DNA of 64,000 nucleotides from Tubiluchus corallicola (GCA_030141605.1 JAQGDQ010000180.1:1-64000); one strand, 5' to 3'; positions 34,504 through 48,564 are shown, counted from the stretch's first letter. Made by a program: numbers and translations. The notes: generated by a model not told the origin, from the letters alone.

Positions 34504-35105
34504 TACAAAACCGGACCCAATCTTAAACTGTAGGTCGAAACAATCCACTCTGTAAAAAATTGAAAAGAAACGTACTATTTTTTTCAAAAATGACTTACGT
34601 ATTGTGGTGTTATTGTATTTGAATTTGTGTAGTAATGCAGTAGTGGTTGAAATACAGAAACATTTGTTAAAGCAAAACAGGACGATTTTTCATATCCTAC
34701 CCCATTTTGATGTACGGAAAATGTATACATTTAACACATACTTAAAGCAAAACTCACCGGACTTGTTCAGCATATGCGTGAGCACAGCGGTAAATCTGAA
34801 ATTTCAATTTTTATCTTAAAACTTGCCTAATTTTAGTACAACACAGTAAATCTCGTACAGTAGCTGGTGTGCTTCAATTTTCTCTTTTGCAAACACGTGC
34901 AACATGCCCATGGAATATTTTTGTTGTTTAAAGTTTTGTGTTAGTTTGTGATGTCATCTACAACTGGACTCGTCTGCCGCAAATTAAGTTTTAAGTCTAT
35001 AATTTATTTATCAAAAACCTTTTTGCAGTATTAATTGCGTTAAAATGTATACTTTTTATCGGATTTGAAAATGGGGTAGCATATGAAAAATCATCCTGTC
35101 TTCCC
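34504..35105 (+). mobile_element. Kolobok-type MITE family B
   Basis: TTAA|..CAAAACCGGACCCAATCTTAAAC ... TCATCCTGTCTTCCC|TTAA. Confidence 0.75.
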
Positions 35106-35679
35106 TTAATATAAGAACCTGGGTTGAAGGGTAATCATCAGATGCACATGTACAGCAGCCTGCAACAAGATTGGAGATTTAATAATGTCATATAACGAAA
35201 TATGGAACTTTTAGAACACCAATAACAGCATTTAGCTTTGGCCAAAGTGTACCTGAGATTTTTTCGAATTTACCTAATAGAACTAGTGCAAACTGAGTCA
35301 CAAATCGTTCCACTTTGCAAGACGAAAGTGCAAACAGAGTGTGACTGGAAGAACTGACATGCGAGTGTCAATATTTGCCAGTCTTTGTGCGCATTGTCAC
35401 AGTAAAAATGGAATGTAAACAGCGGTGCTACAACAGTGCTACCAGTGCTTCCAGTTTAGACGGACAGAAACACACACACACGCACAGAACACTTGATGAA
35501 CTGGCAAACACAAACATTAAGTTCTAAAATGACAGAACCACGCGTTCTGTCCACACTGCCTTCTTAGCCACACGACGAGAACTTGCGAAAGTTTTAATCG
35601 GTTAAACAATTATGCGATTAATTAGCAGTTTATTAAGCTTCTGAATTCATTAAGTCATTAAGTTCAATAGTCTCTGAAA

Positions 35680-35870
35680 ATAAGCCTTTTCACAGTTCCA
35701 GCGATTGATGATGATCGTGAAAAGGCCAAAGCTTAAGTGTACCAGACAACATATTAGTGTACACTTGACAACGCCTCGCAGCCCAAGCTACTATAATAGT
35801 AGCAGTTCTAACAGCTAGCTAGAACCATACCTAGTTCATTTTTTCTTGTTCCCAAGCGAGATCCTGTTAG
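35680..35870 (+). repeat. Unclassified dispersed repeat (partner at 62886-63066, opposite strand)
   Basis: cacagttccagcgattgatgatgatcg...acagctagctagaa...ctagttcattttttcttgttcccaagc matches the reverse complement of 62886-63066. Confidence 0.75.
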
Positions 35871-37196
35871 AAAATCATTCTACGAACAGATTAATGCATA
35901 ATTAAGTAAAGTCCACATAAAACAACTGAAGCTACTGAACCGATACGGCAGACGGCTTTGTTTTACCAGCACATCACCTGACGATTGTAGTTAGGACGCG
36001 CTGCTGTGGCACACATAACCTTCGACCTACAGCAACTGCGCATGCGCACAACCAAACTGTAGGTCAACGAAGTAGGTAGGTCAGACTGCGAAAAGTCGAA
36101 GACATGGAAAAGCACCAAGACATCCCTCTAAAACACAGAGGTTTAATCTTCTTGCTAACAACTGATTCAGCACCACCACATGATGTGCACACATAATCCC
36201 CTCCAATGATGAGAAATATAAATAAACATTGCACGGGTTTTTCTTCAGATTAAATTGCTTTACAAAACGGAAAAGCTAAAGTTTAAACAACGAGGGTATC
36301 CACTATCTACTGTGTGTTTATTAGACCATATAAAAACCTACTCAGATCAACGAGGTTTACTTAAGCCAAATTTGGGCTTTCTTGTTAAAAATGTACGATT
36401 GTACGCCCCGGTCGTTCTAACAAAAGACAAGTGATGAAAGCGTCCAGTCGTTTAATTACAAATTTACAGAACTAAAATCGTGAATAGAAAATACCCTCAG
36501 AGTAATAAGAAAGTTGAACGAAAATTGGTAGGTAAATTTGTCAGTCAGTTAACTTGAGTTACCAGTTGGTCTAACTGTTACTAATTCTAACGTGTAGTTA
36601 GGTAGTATGTAATTATTTTTATTTATTTTATTGATACCCAATAGTAAAATACAGTCTATAATAAAACAGTATGTATAAAAACGTTACCAAAAACACACAA
36701 ATAAAATATTTACAAGAGTGTGGTAAAGACACAGAGATTAAATGCTTACACGTGTCTGTTGTGTACAAGGAATTTATGCAAGTTAACTTTATATAAGCGG
36801 CCTTTAAAGAACTTAATATTTTGTGCAGTTATGAGTGGTGCACCATCAACATAGGCAGGCAATAAGTTCCAACTCGGTCCAACTTATTTAAATGCTGCAA
36901 AACTACACAGGGCCCGTGGCTCCACCAACTGTGTTTCTGAACCTTTTCTTACATACAAAAATAATACGTCTATATATTGTCACATTTGTGAAGCATGTCC
37001 TTCATTGTCCAATGTGACTTCATTCGGGTTAGTCTTCATTGGTTAAAGTTCTAGAGTCTTCACTTTGATATCATTCGGGTAAGTCTGCTCTATAGAAAAT
37101 AAGTGAAATAACTTATACTGATATCGTTAGCAGCTTATGAGAAAAAGAACATACCAAATGAGAAATTTTCTACTCTATCAGTAGGCCTTATACACA

Positions 37197-37463
37197 GGTT
37201 GGCATGCTTCTGCCTCGGAAGACATGGAGTGTGCGCCAAGAGAGTCAGTTACTGATCACATTGATGGAGCTGCAGCATCGACTGTGGCTGAGCAGTGCGA
37301 TCCTTGAACGTCTCCAGGGCGCATGCCTGGGCAAGGTGTATGGAAATCCTGAGTTGCCCAGACAACAGGAATCCCCTCTCTTCCTCCCTGGTGAAGTCCA
37401 AAGGAAAGCGGAGCGATACGTTTGGCACCAGATTGGCTGCAGGAGCTGCCGGAGTCAGTGAGC
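37197..37463 (-). mobile_element. Bipartite RTE-derived element, copy 3 (5'-truncated)
   Basis: Colinear and highly similar to 19227-19495. Confidence 0.75.
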
Positions 37464-37839
37464 CTGGGTTAACATATAGGCTAGTATAGGCAATAGCCTA
37501 GGTGGGCCCTTCAAGCTCAGGGCCCTCAAGCATTGGTAACATTTGGCAAAAAATTCTGCTTTTTCACTACGAATGTGTTGAAATATGTGCTGATTTGGTT
37601 TGGAACAAATAGTAAAATAGCGGTATTTCTTAAAGAATACTTTTATTGAGAAAAGAACCTATACTAGTTTACTTAAAGAATGTACAATAAGTTTACTTCA
37701 AGCTGTGGAAATATGGCTAAATTATAACACGAGTAAAAAATATTCAAGACGGGCACGGGCAAGTTAGAGGGCGGCTCCATCTGAGGTGGCCCCATATTTC
37801 ATTAGCCTATGGGCTCAAAAACGTCATAATCCTGCCCTG
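37463..37839. mobile_element. Degenerate hAT-type MITE
   Basis: Right end taatcctgccctg (CAGGGC.GGATTA type), tagccta/gggccc subterminal motifs; left end unclear. Confidence 0.4.
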
Positions 37840-38058
37840 CTTGTGCACCTGCGCAGTACTTTACAGAACATGGAGTTAAATGTGCTTAATTTGAAGACCT
37901 AAAAGCAATCCTTCTGTAAAAGCTCTTTCAATATGAATGCTGGCTTTCACCAGTGTAGGCAGGGCTCTCCAAGGTGGTCTAGACGCTAAGTTCTTTTATA
38001 TGAAACAGTTCGCTGTGTACTGAAAAACTGATAAACTTGTGCAATACCGTACATTTAA

Positions 38059-38540
38059 ATGAAGACAGGATGATTTTTCATATACTACCCCATTTTCAAA
38101 TCCAATAAAACTATACAGTTTCAACACAATTAATACTGCAAAGGCGTTTTCTGATAATTAAATAATAGATTAAAAACTTAATTAACGACGGGCGGGCCAA
38201 ATTACTGATGACATCACAAACTAACATAATTTGCAACAGCAAAAATATTCCACGAGCGTGTTGCACGTGTTTGCGAAAGCGAAAATTGAAGTACATTGCT
38301 ACTGTAAGGTATTCAGTGCATTGTACTAAAACTAGGCAAGTTTTGAGATAAAAATTCAGATTTCAAATTTACCGCTGTGCATGTAACAGCGAAGAACTAG
38401 TGGCGCGAACGTGAAATTGTGTTTATGTGGTAATAATTCTTTCACGTAAGTCATTTTTGAAAAAAATAGCACGTTTCCTTTCAATATTTTAAAGAGTAGA
38501 TTGTTCTGACCTACAGTTTAAGATTGGGTTCTGTTTTGCT
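38059..38540 (-). mobile_element. Kolobok-type MITE family B, reverse, internally deleted
   Basis: TTAA|ATGAAGACAGGATGATTTTT ... TTCTGTTTTGCT|TTAA. Confidence 0.78.
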
Positions 38541-39652
38541 TTAAGATCAGCAACAAGCAACAACCCAGTAAAGAAATAATCACAGGAATCGATGCCTGCA
38601 ATCCCTTAAATAATATGATTTAGAGAGAAGTGTTTTACCAAATAAGTAAAAAAGGGTTACATGCAAGCCTGAATGTAGCAAGAGGATTAGTGTTCTTTTA
38701 GGCTGATATTGTATTAGTTTTTTCCCTGTGCCTATTTAATCTTCTTGAGAACAGCAGAGTTTGAAATCAATTATACTCGGAGCAAGCAAACTACCGTGAG
38801 AGATAGGTAGGCAGGTATTTGACCTATTTACGCGCATATTTTCGAACAAACCAAACATTGTTTCATGACACAAATAATGCCGCTTTAATTACAACCGTAC
38901 CGCAAACGTGTACTTTTTCTAGGCCCAGCTAGCCAAACTACAAATACACAGAAAATGTTCTTCTGACAATACGACCTAGTACGGTTGCTTAAGCATTGCT
39001 CAAAGTGGGCGTTTCGGTGTAACAACGCTCCGGGAAGAAGCGATCATTTGCTTAAGTGACCACTCTCAAATCTGACCGCTGTCCAGCGAAACTGACGTCA
39101 TTACATAGCGAAACTTATTAGCTGTTAAATGGAATAAGAAGCGCAATAAATTAGAGCTGCAATTTGCGGAGGGTTTTGCGACTGCTGATTTGAAGAGGGC
39201 AGAAGCGTAATATGTGGCAGGATTAAAAATTATAAACTGTGGTCAGCGCAATTGACCGAAAGTTTCCAATAGCCAGTAACAATCTGATTTCAATGTATAC
39301 GTACGGTGGACACACGTGTAAACAAGACTAAAGGTCACATACAATGTACCAAGCGCATACACAAACTGATATATTAAATACAACCTTACAGCACTTTCAA
39401 TTCTCGTTTCCTAATTAAAAATTTATACACCACGAAACAAACATTATTAGTCAAGGTGATTTCGGACAAAAATATTAGATAAAAGCTATCAAAAAGTTAA
39501 TATTTATAAAATCAAACTTTCCTCAAAATAATGTTTGAGAATCGCTCAAGAAAACTTCAAATGCAATTATCCTTGTTGAAGTAAACACTTCATTCATAAT
39601 AACACAATGTTCGTTACTTGCGTTACAAACTGACAAACTTACTGAAATTTAG

Positions 39653-40304
39653 AGCAAAACCGGATCCAATCTTAAACTGTAGGTCAAAGCAATCTACTCT
39701 TTAAAATACTGAAAAGAAAACATACTAGTTTCTCACAAATAACTTATGTGAAAGAATTATTACCACACAAACATAATTTCACATTCGCGCCACTGGTTCT
39801 TCGCTGTTACATGCATTTCGCCATTCGTTAGTTAGACAGGCATTAGCGCTTGCATATCGGAAACACGTTGCACAAAAAACAGGTGTTGTACCTCTAGTGC
39901 ACTAAAAAACAGGTGTTGTACCTCTAGTTTCAGATGTATTAGTTTGTGACGAACTACACACGTTCGACAGCTCATGCGGGAGCACAGCGGTAAATTTGAA
40001 ATTTAATTTTTTTATCTTAAAACTTGCCTAGTTTTAGAACAATACCTGAATATCTTACAGTAGCACTGTACTTCAGTTTTCTCTTTCGCAAATACGTGCA
40101 ACACGCTCATGGAATATTTCTGCTTTAGAAAATTACGTTAGTTTGTGATGTCATCAATATTTGGGATCGCCCGCGTTTAATTAAGTTTTAAATCTATTAT
40201 TTAAAAATCAGAAACAGTTTTGCAGTTTTAATTGTGTAGAAATGTATGCTTTTTATCGAACTTGAAAATGGGGTGTAAGGTAGTATATAAAAAATCATCT
40301 TCCT
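39653..40304 (+). mobile_element. Kolobok-type MITE family B
   Basis: TTAG|AGCAAAACCGGA ... TCATCTTCCT|TTAA. Confidence 0.78.
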
Positions 40305-40761
40305 TTAAACTAAAAGTTTCGATATACAGTGCACACAATGACACCATTTCTTACGTACTTTAAAACAGACCTGAAATTAATATACACAACGCATATCGTT
40401 CTTTAGAGAAGAGAAAACTTATCTGTCCAAGAGGTGATAGCGGGTATAAAACTTCTCTTCAAGCATTCAAACACAAAACCTGTTTTGTAATGACAGAGTC
40501 TCAGGCAACGAATACATATCAGCACACGTAGGCCGAGGCCAAGGGGAAGGTATTAACAGTAAAACGAGGAAAACGATGCGAACTTTAAATACAGTTCACT
40601 TTGTTACATATTAAGACAAGATGAAATTCTTTGGGTCGCTTGTAATCAGTAGTCACTGTTTTGTTATTCAATTCACTGCAGTTAAGGTTCACAGAGTTCA
40701 CGATTAGACATATGCGAGCCCATGTCGCTTTGCACAGTTTTTATGGCAAGGGAGATTATAA

Positions 40762-40959
40762 CTTATACGGGTGATATCGCACTGAATAATTCCTGTGAAC
40801 ATTATTTGTTACCATTAACGTTCATTCCTTATACGGATGATATCCCACTGAATAATTCCTGTGAACATTATTAGTTACCATTAACGTTCATTCCTTATAC
40901 GGGTGATATCCCACTGAACAATTCCTGTGAACATTATTTGTTACTATTAACGTTCATTC
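40762..40959. repeat. ~66-bp tandem repeat x3
   Basis: cttatacgg..gatatc.cactgaa.aattcctgtgaacatt at 40762, 40828, 40894. Confidence 0.9.
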
Positions 40960-41632
40960 AGTGGTTCATTTCGTCTGAAATTTTATTCAACGTCAGTTCT
41001 AAAAACAGGAACCACTACACGCGGACAGCTAGTTTCACCGACTAAGATATTTAAGAAATAAAAAATGTGAATATCTAAAATTTTCCCCGAATGCTGACTC
41101 CTGAAAAACATTTTCGCAAAACTGGATTTAAGAATTGTTTAATTAAGTTGCGGAATTGTATACCTGCGACACCGTGCAGACGTGATGAATGCATTTTATA
41201 AACCTTGGGAATACGCGTTCAACCTTGATGAGTACAGCATTTCATCATGCGGGCTCTGGAATTTTAGCCTGCAGGAATCTACAGGCGTGATCTGTTACAG
41301 AGGCATGAGCTTGTTGCGAGGGCTTACCAACATTCTACCTGGAGGATGATTCAATCACTGTGTTAAATGCTTTAAGCGAGTGTTTAATAAAAATAATCAA
41401 CAACAGTCAAGGATTTTCTGTACTGTTACACATAGTTACAAACACTTTTATTGGGATGACTAAGTCACTGCGTTAAATCAATTTAAGTTGCTTAAGTCAA
41501 CAGAAATAAGACACGATCAGCAAAAATAACCAACAACTTCATTGAGTTTTAAGCCATAGGAATGTTTGCGACAAACGTAAAGAAACGAAATTATGCTTCT
41601 AAATAAATCTGAGTACATTAAAATTCACTTAA

Positions 41633-42299
41633 AGCACAAGAAAATCTTCCACTTGCACAAAGTTTAAAAAAATCTATAAATTTTATGCCGCTTACATATT
41701 GCCTTTTTGTATACAGGGCCTGCGTCGGCAGTAACACCGTATAAAACTTATAAATTTAAACTCCCGCGATGACCGTTAAGCACAGCCATCTTGATGCTAA
41801 GTCATTTGAAGCAAGTTTAGTTAACACTGAGTAAAGTTTGAAAAAATAATCAGAGCATTCGTAGCACACACGTCACTAACTTATATTTTAAATTACTGTA
41901 TCCTGTCAATAAGATTAAAAAATTTTTTTTCGTTAATCAGTGCTGCACATGGAGATGAGTCAATGACATTTTATCAATCGGTGAAAACATTTTAAATAAT
42001 TAATAATTTTCTTTTCTAGCAACATAAGTCTTTCCAGCAGGTAACCAAAATGCCAAGTAACATAACTTTGCATGTAAAGTTTTTGGGACATAATTTAACA
42101 TTGCCTTTTCTTCCCCTGATTTACGTTGTGCGTATATGACGTCATACAATGGCCGGGTCAGAAGAGTATTGCGGGTGTTTAAAATGAAAACAAACAAAAG
42201 TTCCTTTCAACAAGAGTACGATATAAAATTCCTATAAAATAATATAATTTTTTAATCGATTTTTCTGAAACGTACTTCGGGTGCCCCTTTTCTTGTCCT
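41633..42299 (+). mobile_element. Kolobok-type MITE family A, full length
   Basis: TTAA|AGCACAAGAAAA ... TTTTCTTGTCCT|TTAC; 12-bp TIR with one mismatch. Confidence 0.8.
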
Positions 42300-45200
42300 T
42301 TACACACTCTTACGTGCTATGAACATTGTGTACAAATACTTAAATTTTATCTATACGACGGATTTGCCATAATCAGTGCATAGTATTACGTCTCGCTTTT
42401 GTTTCTCATTCTTTTTAAAATTATAATAAAGGAAATTTCAAATTCTAAAATCGATGCGCTAGCGGTAGGGTTCATAGCACAGATGACAGTAACTCAAACA
42501 CATATTATGTAAGATGTGCGGTACATGCTACTGAGGACGGCTGCAGTCTATTCATCGATGAGCACTCAATAAACAAGACACTCGGTCACCGGGTCCAATC
42601 TCTTTTGTGATGTACAATTGATCCAAACCCGCAAATTGATCGCGTTTTATGTAGCTTGTGTAAAGAAATCATTTTGTAAAAATTTCTTACAAACGTTCCC
42701 ACTTCACGAATTATTGTATCTATAAGAAACTACGGTGGGGGTTGCACGCTTAACCTCGACGCACGAGACGTGCATTATGTCGGAGTGAAAGCTCAGTTAA
42801 GTGCAATAATCGTGAATAGGCAATTATCCTGTTACTGTAGTAAGTAACGAAACAAGATTATCTCAGAGAAGATCAGAAAAAGGTAAAGAAAAAAAAACAG
42901 GTAGGACAAGTTCGGCTACAGAACGAGTTTGTTCCTAGTTGGCAAATTGGCAGCGATTTTTTAGCTTACACGTACGTTCGTAAGCTTTAGTGTCGTTTTT
43001 AGCTTACACGTACGTTCGTAAGCTTTAGTGTCGTTTCCTTCGTGTTGTCTTTATGATACAAAAGCAAGCTTAAATCTATCTGTCATTGCGTCAGTGAAAT
43101 ATATAACATGTCACCTATTAAATTCAGTATCTGTGAAATGAAACGTCTGTCTAACTAAACATGATGAAATTACCCGTCTTCTTACAAATAAAACTGAAAT
43201 TAAACCCAGTGCTAATTATGTATGTAAGCCAGATTTGTTCAACTTAGTAAAACTTTTAGTAAAACTAAAATAAAAACAGCCAAACAGCAACATTGTTGAT
43301 TTCTATTGCACGTCAATATACAACACTATCGACATAGCTACAGAAACGTACGGGCGAGTCATACATTAATTATGAGCAATTTAATAATATCCAAGAAACA
43401 CGCAGCCTAGCAAAAGTTGAACGTCTAGCAAGCAAACATGATTTATGAAGTTTCACTTACAGTCAAACGCCATTACGAGAAATGTTCACAAGAAACTAGT
43501 AAAAACGCGAACTAACTTTTGCATTTCGGCATTCACTCTTAAAGTAGAGACTTGTACTACTTAGTACAGACAGCTGTCAACTCGTGGCATGACCGCAACC
43601 TAGTTCATTAGACAGGACAATCGCCTAAGACGAGATATTGACCTGCAGAACTGTCTCCCCCAAGTTCGAATGTTTTCTCCCTCGATGAGAAGCCAATGAT
43701 AAAATGGCAGGTGAAGCCAACCAAAAAAGTTTGCATTTTTCTCCATCCATTTACTAATTAGCCCAAGCGTTGCTTCAATTCTACACCTAAGTACCAACCC
43801 TGCCCACTTACGACAACGACACATAGCTATTCTACTCCTCCCAGTAGCACAATTAGTTCAAATTTTCTTGCCCCACAAAAAGCTCGGCGTTAAAAAGACC
43901 GAACGGGTATATCTCTGAGCGAAAGCTAAATTGATAACAATTATCAAAAGATTACTAGCGCTTCATTAGTTTGCTTTTAAATTACTTCGGTTCTTTGGTA
44001 CAGTCTTAACAAACATTAAACGTTTGTGTACCTGGGTGTTTCCGCGTTGCAGTGTGCCCCAAGCTTTAGAAAACAGTTCACATTTATCTCGCCGAGATCT
44101 ACGTCACACCCATGAGCTTTTGCAATTACACAAAAGAAAGTCAAACCATTTCACACTAAAAACTGGCCGCGAGTATCACACCCGATTGTCAAGATCTCGT
44201 AGAAAGAACGCAGATGTGAAAAACCCACCTGGTCAATGGGAAAAATAGTTTTACCCAAGGGATTCTGGAGGTGTGAGCCTTAGTCAGGGTCACGTAGACA
44301 TGGACATGTTTGTTGATCTCTTGTAGACCACATTTAGATAAAATACGCAATTGATTAATCGTATAAAATTTACATGAAAATAAGAGGAAGAAAATACATT
44401 AATAAGTGATTAAGTGGGTGGAAGAGAAGGGTAGCGAAGTTCTTAAGTGGGTGGAAGAGAAGGGTAGTGAAAGAACTTCGCTACCCTTTTTAAATTAATA
44501 AATTAAAAACTATGACCGCTGCAAAAATGCTAGCAAAAACTACAAATTAGGCATAAGAGGAAAAAACAATGTCAACAAAAAAAACAAAGAAAACGAAAAA
44601 GGTCACAAAATTAAAGGAAAAAGATACAATAAATTGGCAGACTGACCAAATCGATAAGATGCGCTGTATACATACATATTGCAAATAGCTTTCATATTTA
44701 TTTACAAGGTGTGTGTGTGTGTCTGTGTGTCACAGGGCGTTGCGAACAAAACAGTTAATTTTGGTTCCCGCAGAAAGTCACAGACTACTGCCTACCGAAA
44801 TTAGGCGTTATGCAGATGTTTTTTACATTTTACGTCATGTGAGAAATGACTAGTCGCAAGCAGGAAATGGGAGGCGTTAACCGTGTAGCAGGGAGATAAA
44901 ATAAACGGTTGGGAAGAAAGTGAAGCAATTTTGATAAAAACCACTCAACCTGTGAAGCAGTACTGAGAACGTAATTATTGATTTTTCACACCAGGTGTGA
45001 CGTCAGCACTGCAAGCAGGATCTATCACGGCTTTTTTCACAAAATTAACCGAAAAGGAAGTTTAAAAATTCCAAACCCTGGAAGCGAAGGGGTAAAATGT
45101 AATTACGGACTAGCAAATAATTATAGCTTGGCTCTTATAAAATGTAACATTTCACCGCTGGGTATAAAATAGCAACAAAACGAAATTTAATATCAAAGCC

Positions 45201-45444
45201 CCCCCCCCAATTATGAAATGATATTATACTATTATCTTTAATTTAGTATTAGATTAGTATTGAATTTAGCTTGAGTATTATAATAGTAAAGCCAGTAAAT
45301 TCTATTCTTGAAAAACTTGTTTTCGTATCAGTGCGTTAAATAATTTAAATCAAAAGTGAGCAGTTTAAACCAAACTCATGTACAGTTATAAATATTAATA
45401 ACTTTAAACAAGTTTACCTTACATTAAACAGTTCAAACAACACG

Positions 45445-46110
45445 TTCATTTTAAGCAAGCCTATTTTTTGTCTTGTTACTCAACTATAAGCTAGGCATTT
45501 CTCATTTTAGCAAGTTTGTTTTTTAATCTTGTTATTCAACTATAAGCTAGACATTTCACATTTTAGCAAATTTATTTTTTACTCCGGTTACTCAACTATA
45601 AGCTAGACATTTCACATTTTAGGAACTTTATTTTTTCCTCCGGTTACTCAACTATAAGCTAGACATTTCTCATTTTAGCAAGTATATTTTTACTCCGGTT
45701 ACTCAACTATAAGCTAGACATTTCTCATTTCAGCAAGTTTGTTTTTTAATCTTGTTATTCAACTATAAGCTAGAGATTTCTCATTTTAGCAACTTTATTT
45801 TTTCCTCCGGTTACTCAACTATAAGCTAGACATTTCTCATTTTAGCAAGTATATTTTTTACTCCGGTTACTCAACTATAAGCTAGATATTTCTCATTTTA
45901 GCAAGTATATTTTTTACTCCGGTTACTCAACTATAAGCTAGACATTTCTCATTTTAGCAACTTTATTTTTTACTTCGGTTACTCAACTATAAGCTAGACA
46001 TTTCTCATTTTAGCAACTTCATTTTTTCCTCCGGTTACTCAACTATAAGATAGACATGTCTCATTTTTAGCAACTTTATGTTTAGTCCTGTTACTCAACT
46101 TTAAACTAGA
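45445..46110. repeat. ~56-bp tandem array (~12 copies)
   Basis: Core gttactcaactataagctagacatttctcattttagcaa. Confidence 0.95.
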
Positions 46111-47381
46111 CAGTTCTGAACTATCTTAGAAAACGTTACGATCCCCTTTATTAAGCTTACTCATAAGCAAACGAAAACAAAATAAACTTACCCAATTAAA
46201 AAAGTAATACGTGTCACTTCCTATAATAAATAATCCACCAGGTAGCACTACGTTCACTAGAATTTCAGCTATGAAGTTATTAAGTCCACCGTATGTTATT
46301 AGTCCGCTGACATCTTGCGTCGTTAGTACACCAATTCCTCACCTTTGATTCTTCCTACACATAACACAAAAAGACTAAAAAAGTCAAGCGTATAACCATC
46401 AAACCTGCCACTGTGTTCTAGGTGTGTCCGATGGGCAGTAAATCACAGTCCAAACAAGCCAGCCGGATTTGGGTTTAAAGAGATTGCACAGTAGCTCTAG
46501 CTGCAGATAACGAGCAGACGATTGCAGAGTCTAGCTTGACCGGAGAAATTGTCAAGCAACGTTGCGCACGGTAAAAACGCATTCAGCAAGGCGGAGAAAG
46601 TCAGGGACGGATTCAAGTTCCGCGCAATCGTAAGAATGCCCCAGAACTGATGCATAAAAAAATCACACAGTCCGGTTGTAGCAATACTGCGGAACAACGT
46701 ACAAAAATGCAAATTTACAAAAAATTGTTAAAATATTTTTTTCTTTAAGAATGCCAGCTGCATTCCTTGTAAAAAGGGAGTGTGTGTGATCCGCCACGGA
46801 AAACAAGAATGCAGTCTCTGTGTAGTTAGTAACGTGTCTGAGCTGCGCCATTATCTATACAGTTTGTTGAGTTTCAATATTTTAGATTGGGGTAGCTAAG
46901 GGGACGAACTCCCACGTTTGTGCACCTCCACATCGCCCATCAACGCCCACCACAAGCAACTTAATGAATCATTTCGGTCACAGGGAAAATCGTCGCCACT
47001 ATTTTGAGTAACGATTGCGAAAAATATTCGATATATTTATTTGCAGATGGCGTTTTCCTTAGTGGTTTGTATGATTAAATTATGCATAAGATGTGGCGCC
47101 ATCTGTTAACAATACTGGTTAGTGACTCTAAAAGCACTTATCATACCAGTTAGCCATTATACACCAAGTGGCACTATCCAAGAGACAGAAAGACCATTTT
47201 TTGCAGGGATTACTGTTAATTCAATGGTTTCACAAAAGGCAAGGCCTAGGAGCTTAGAAAACTACATATTCTCTTGCTCATATATTTTTGTTTCAACAAT
47301 GATTTGAAAATCCTGTTTACGATCAAGCAAATATTCTGCTTTCTTTGAATTACGTCTCAAAAAAATCTTTGAATTTCTTAA

Positions 47382-48058
47382 AGCACAAAAAAATCCTTCA
47401 CTTACATAAATTTAAAAAAATTGTGTTGAAATTTTATACCACTTACATACTGCCTTTTTGCATGCCCGGCTTGCGTTAGCAGTAATGCTGTATAAAAGTT
47501 GTAAATCTAAACTCACGTGATGGCCGTTAGATGCAGCCATTTTAAGGGTAGATTGTTTGAAACGAGTTTAGATAACATTGCGTAAAGTTTCAAAAATAAT
47601 CGTAGCATTCGTAGTACACACGTTACCAACTAAGCAAAATTTTAAATTACTGTATCTTGTCAATATGATTAAAAATATGTTTTTGGCAAGAGAGTGGCGC
47701 ACCCTGGAGGGTAAGCCAGCGACATTTTACAAGGTTGGCACGAACATTTTAAATTATTATTTCTAGTTACATAAGTCTTTCAAGCAGGTAAGCAAATTGC
47801 TAAGTAATACAGATTTACACGGAAAGTTTTTTAGGACATAATTTAAAATTTTCTTTTCTTCCCCTGATTTATATTGTGCATATATGACGTCATGTAATGG
47901 CGCCGTCGGAACAGCATTGCGGGACATTTAAAATGAAAACAAACAACAAAATTCTTTTCAACGCAAGTACAATATACGCATAAAATTGCTGTAAAGTAAT
48001 ATAATTTTTTAAGGTGATTTTTCTGAAACATATTTAAGGTACCCCTTTTTCTTGTCCT
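47382..48058 (+). mobile_element. Kolobok-type MITE family A, full length
   Basis: TTAA|AGCACAAAAAAA ... TTTTCTTGTCCT|TTAA. Confidence 0.82.
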
Positions 48059-48301
48059 TTAAATGAATTTTATTCCACATAAGGCTTTCACGACAGTACA
48101 ATAACAACTGAATCAAACTAAGATAGTGCTCTTCTGAGATTTGCCATGCTTATAATCGTAAAAGTATTTAAAATGCCCAAAAATCACAAAAAATTGTTTA
48201 TTTCTTCTTCAGAATTACTGACATAACTGGATTTACTGACATGTTACACTTTTTTTATACGTAGTTTCATCTTTAATTTATTATTGTATCTTTATATGCA
48301 G

Positions 48302-48331
48302 CTGATGAAGTCCGAGAGGACAAAAACTTTC
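48302..48331 (+). ncRNA. Degenerate hammerhead-ribozyme-like core
   Basis: CTGATGA-A-GTCC-GAGA-GGAC-AAAA: core plus stem II with GNRA loop, but GAAA is mutated and stem I is not evident. Confidence 0.3.
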
Positions 48332-48564
48332 AAAGAAAAAATAAAGAATTCTTTGAGATTAATGGGTGTTTTAACTTCTTTTACGAACTGAATCAAAGCT
48401 TATGTTTATGATTTTGCAACTAAAATAGTAGCGGTAGTAGGCAATTTAATCTGACAATTTTTGGCGTTAAACATACAATGTGACAATCATAGATGTCAAG
48501 GTGGCAGCTACAAAAAGCTTGTAATGTCACAGACATGGCATACACCGGAAAAGCAGAATTTTAA

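Noticed and set aside
33710-36960. Further CR1-like LINE 3' scraps near 33710-34150 and 36620-36960
   Set aside because: Only a weak WN.L motif and AT-rich tails; too degraded to call.
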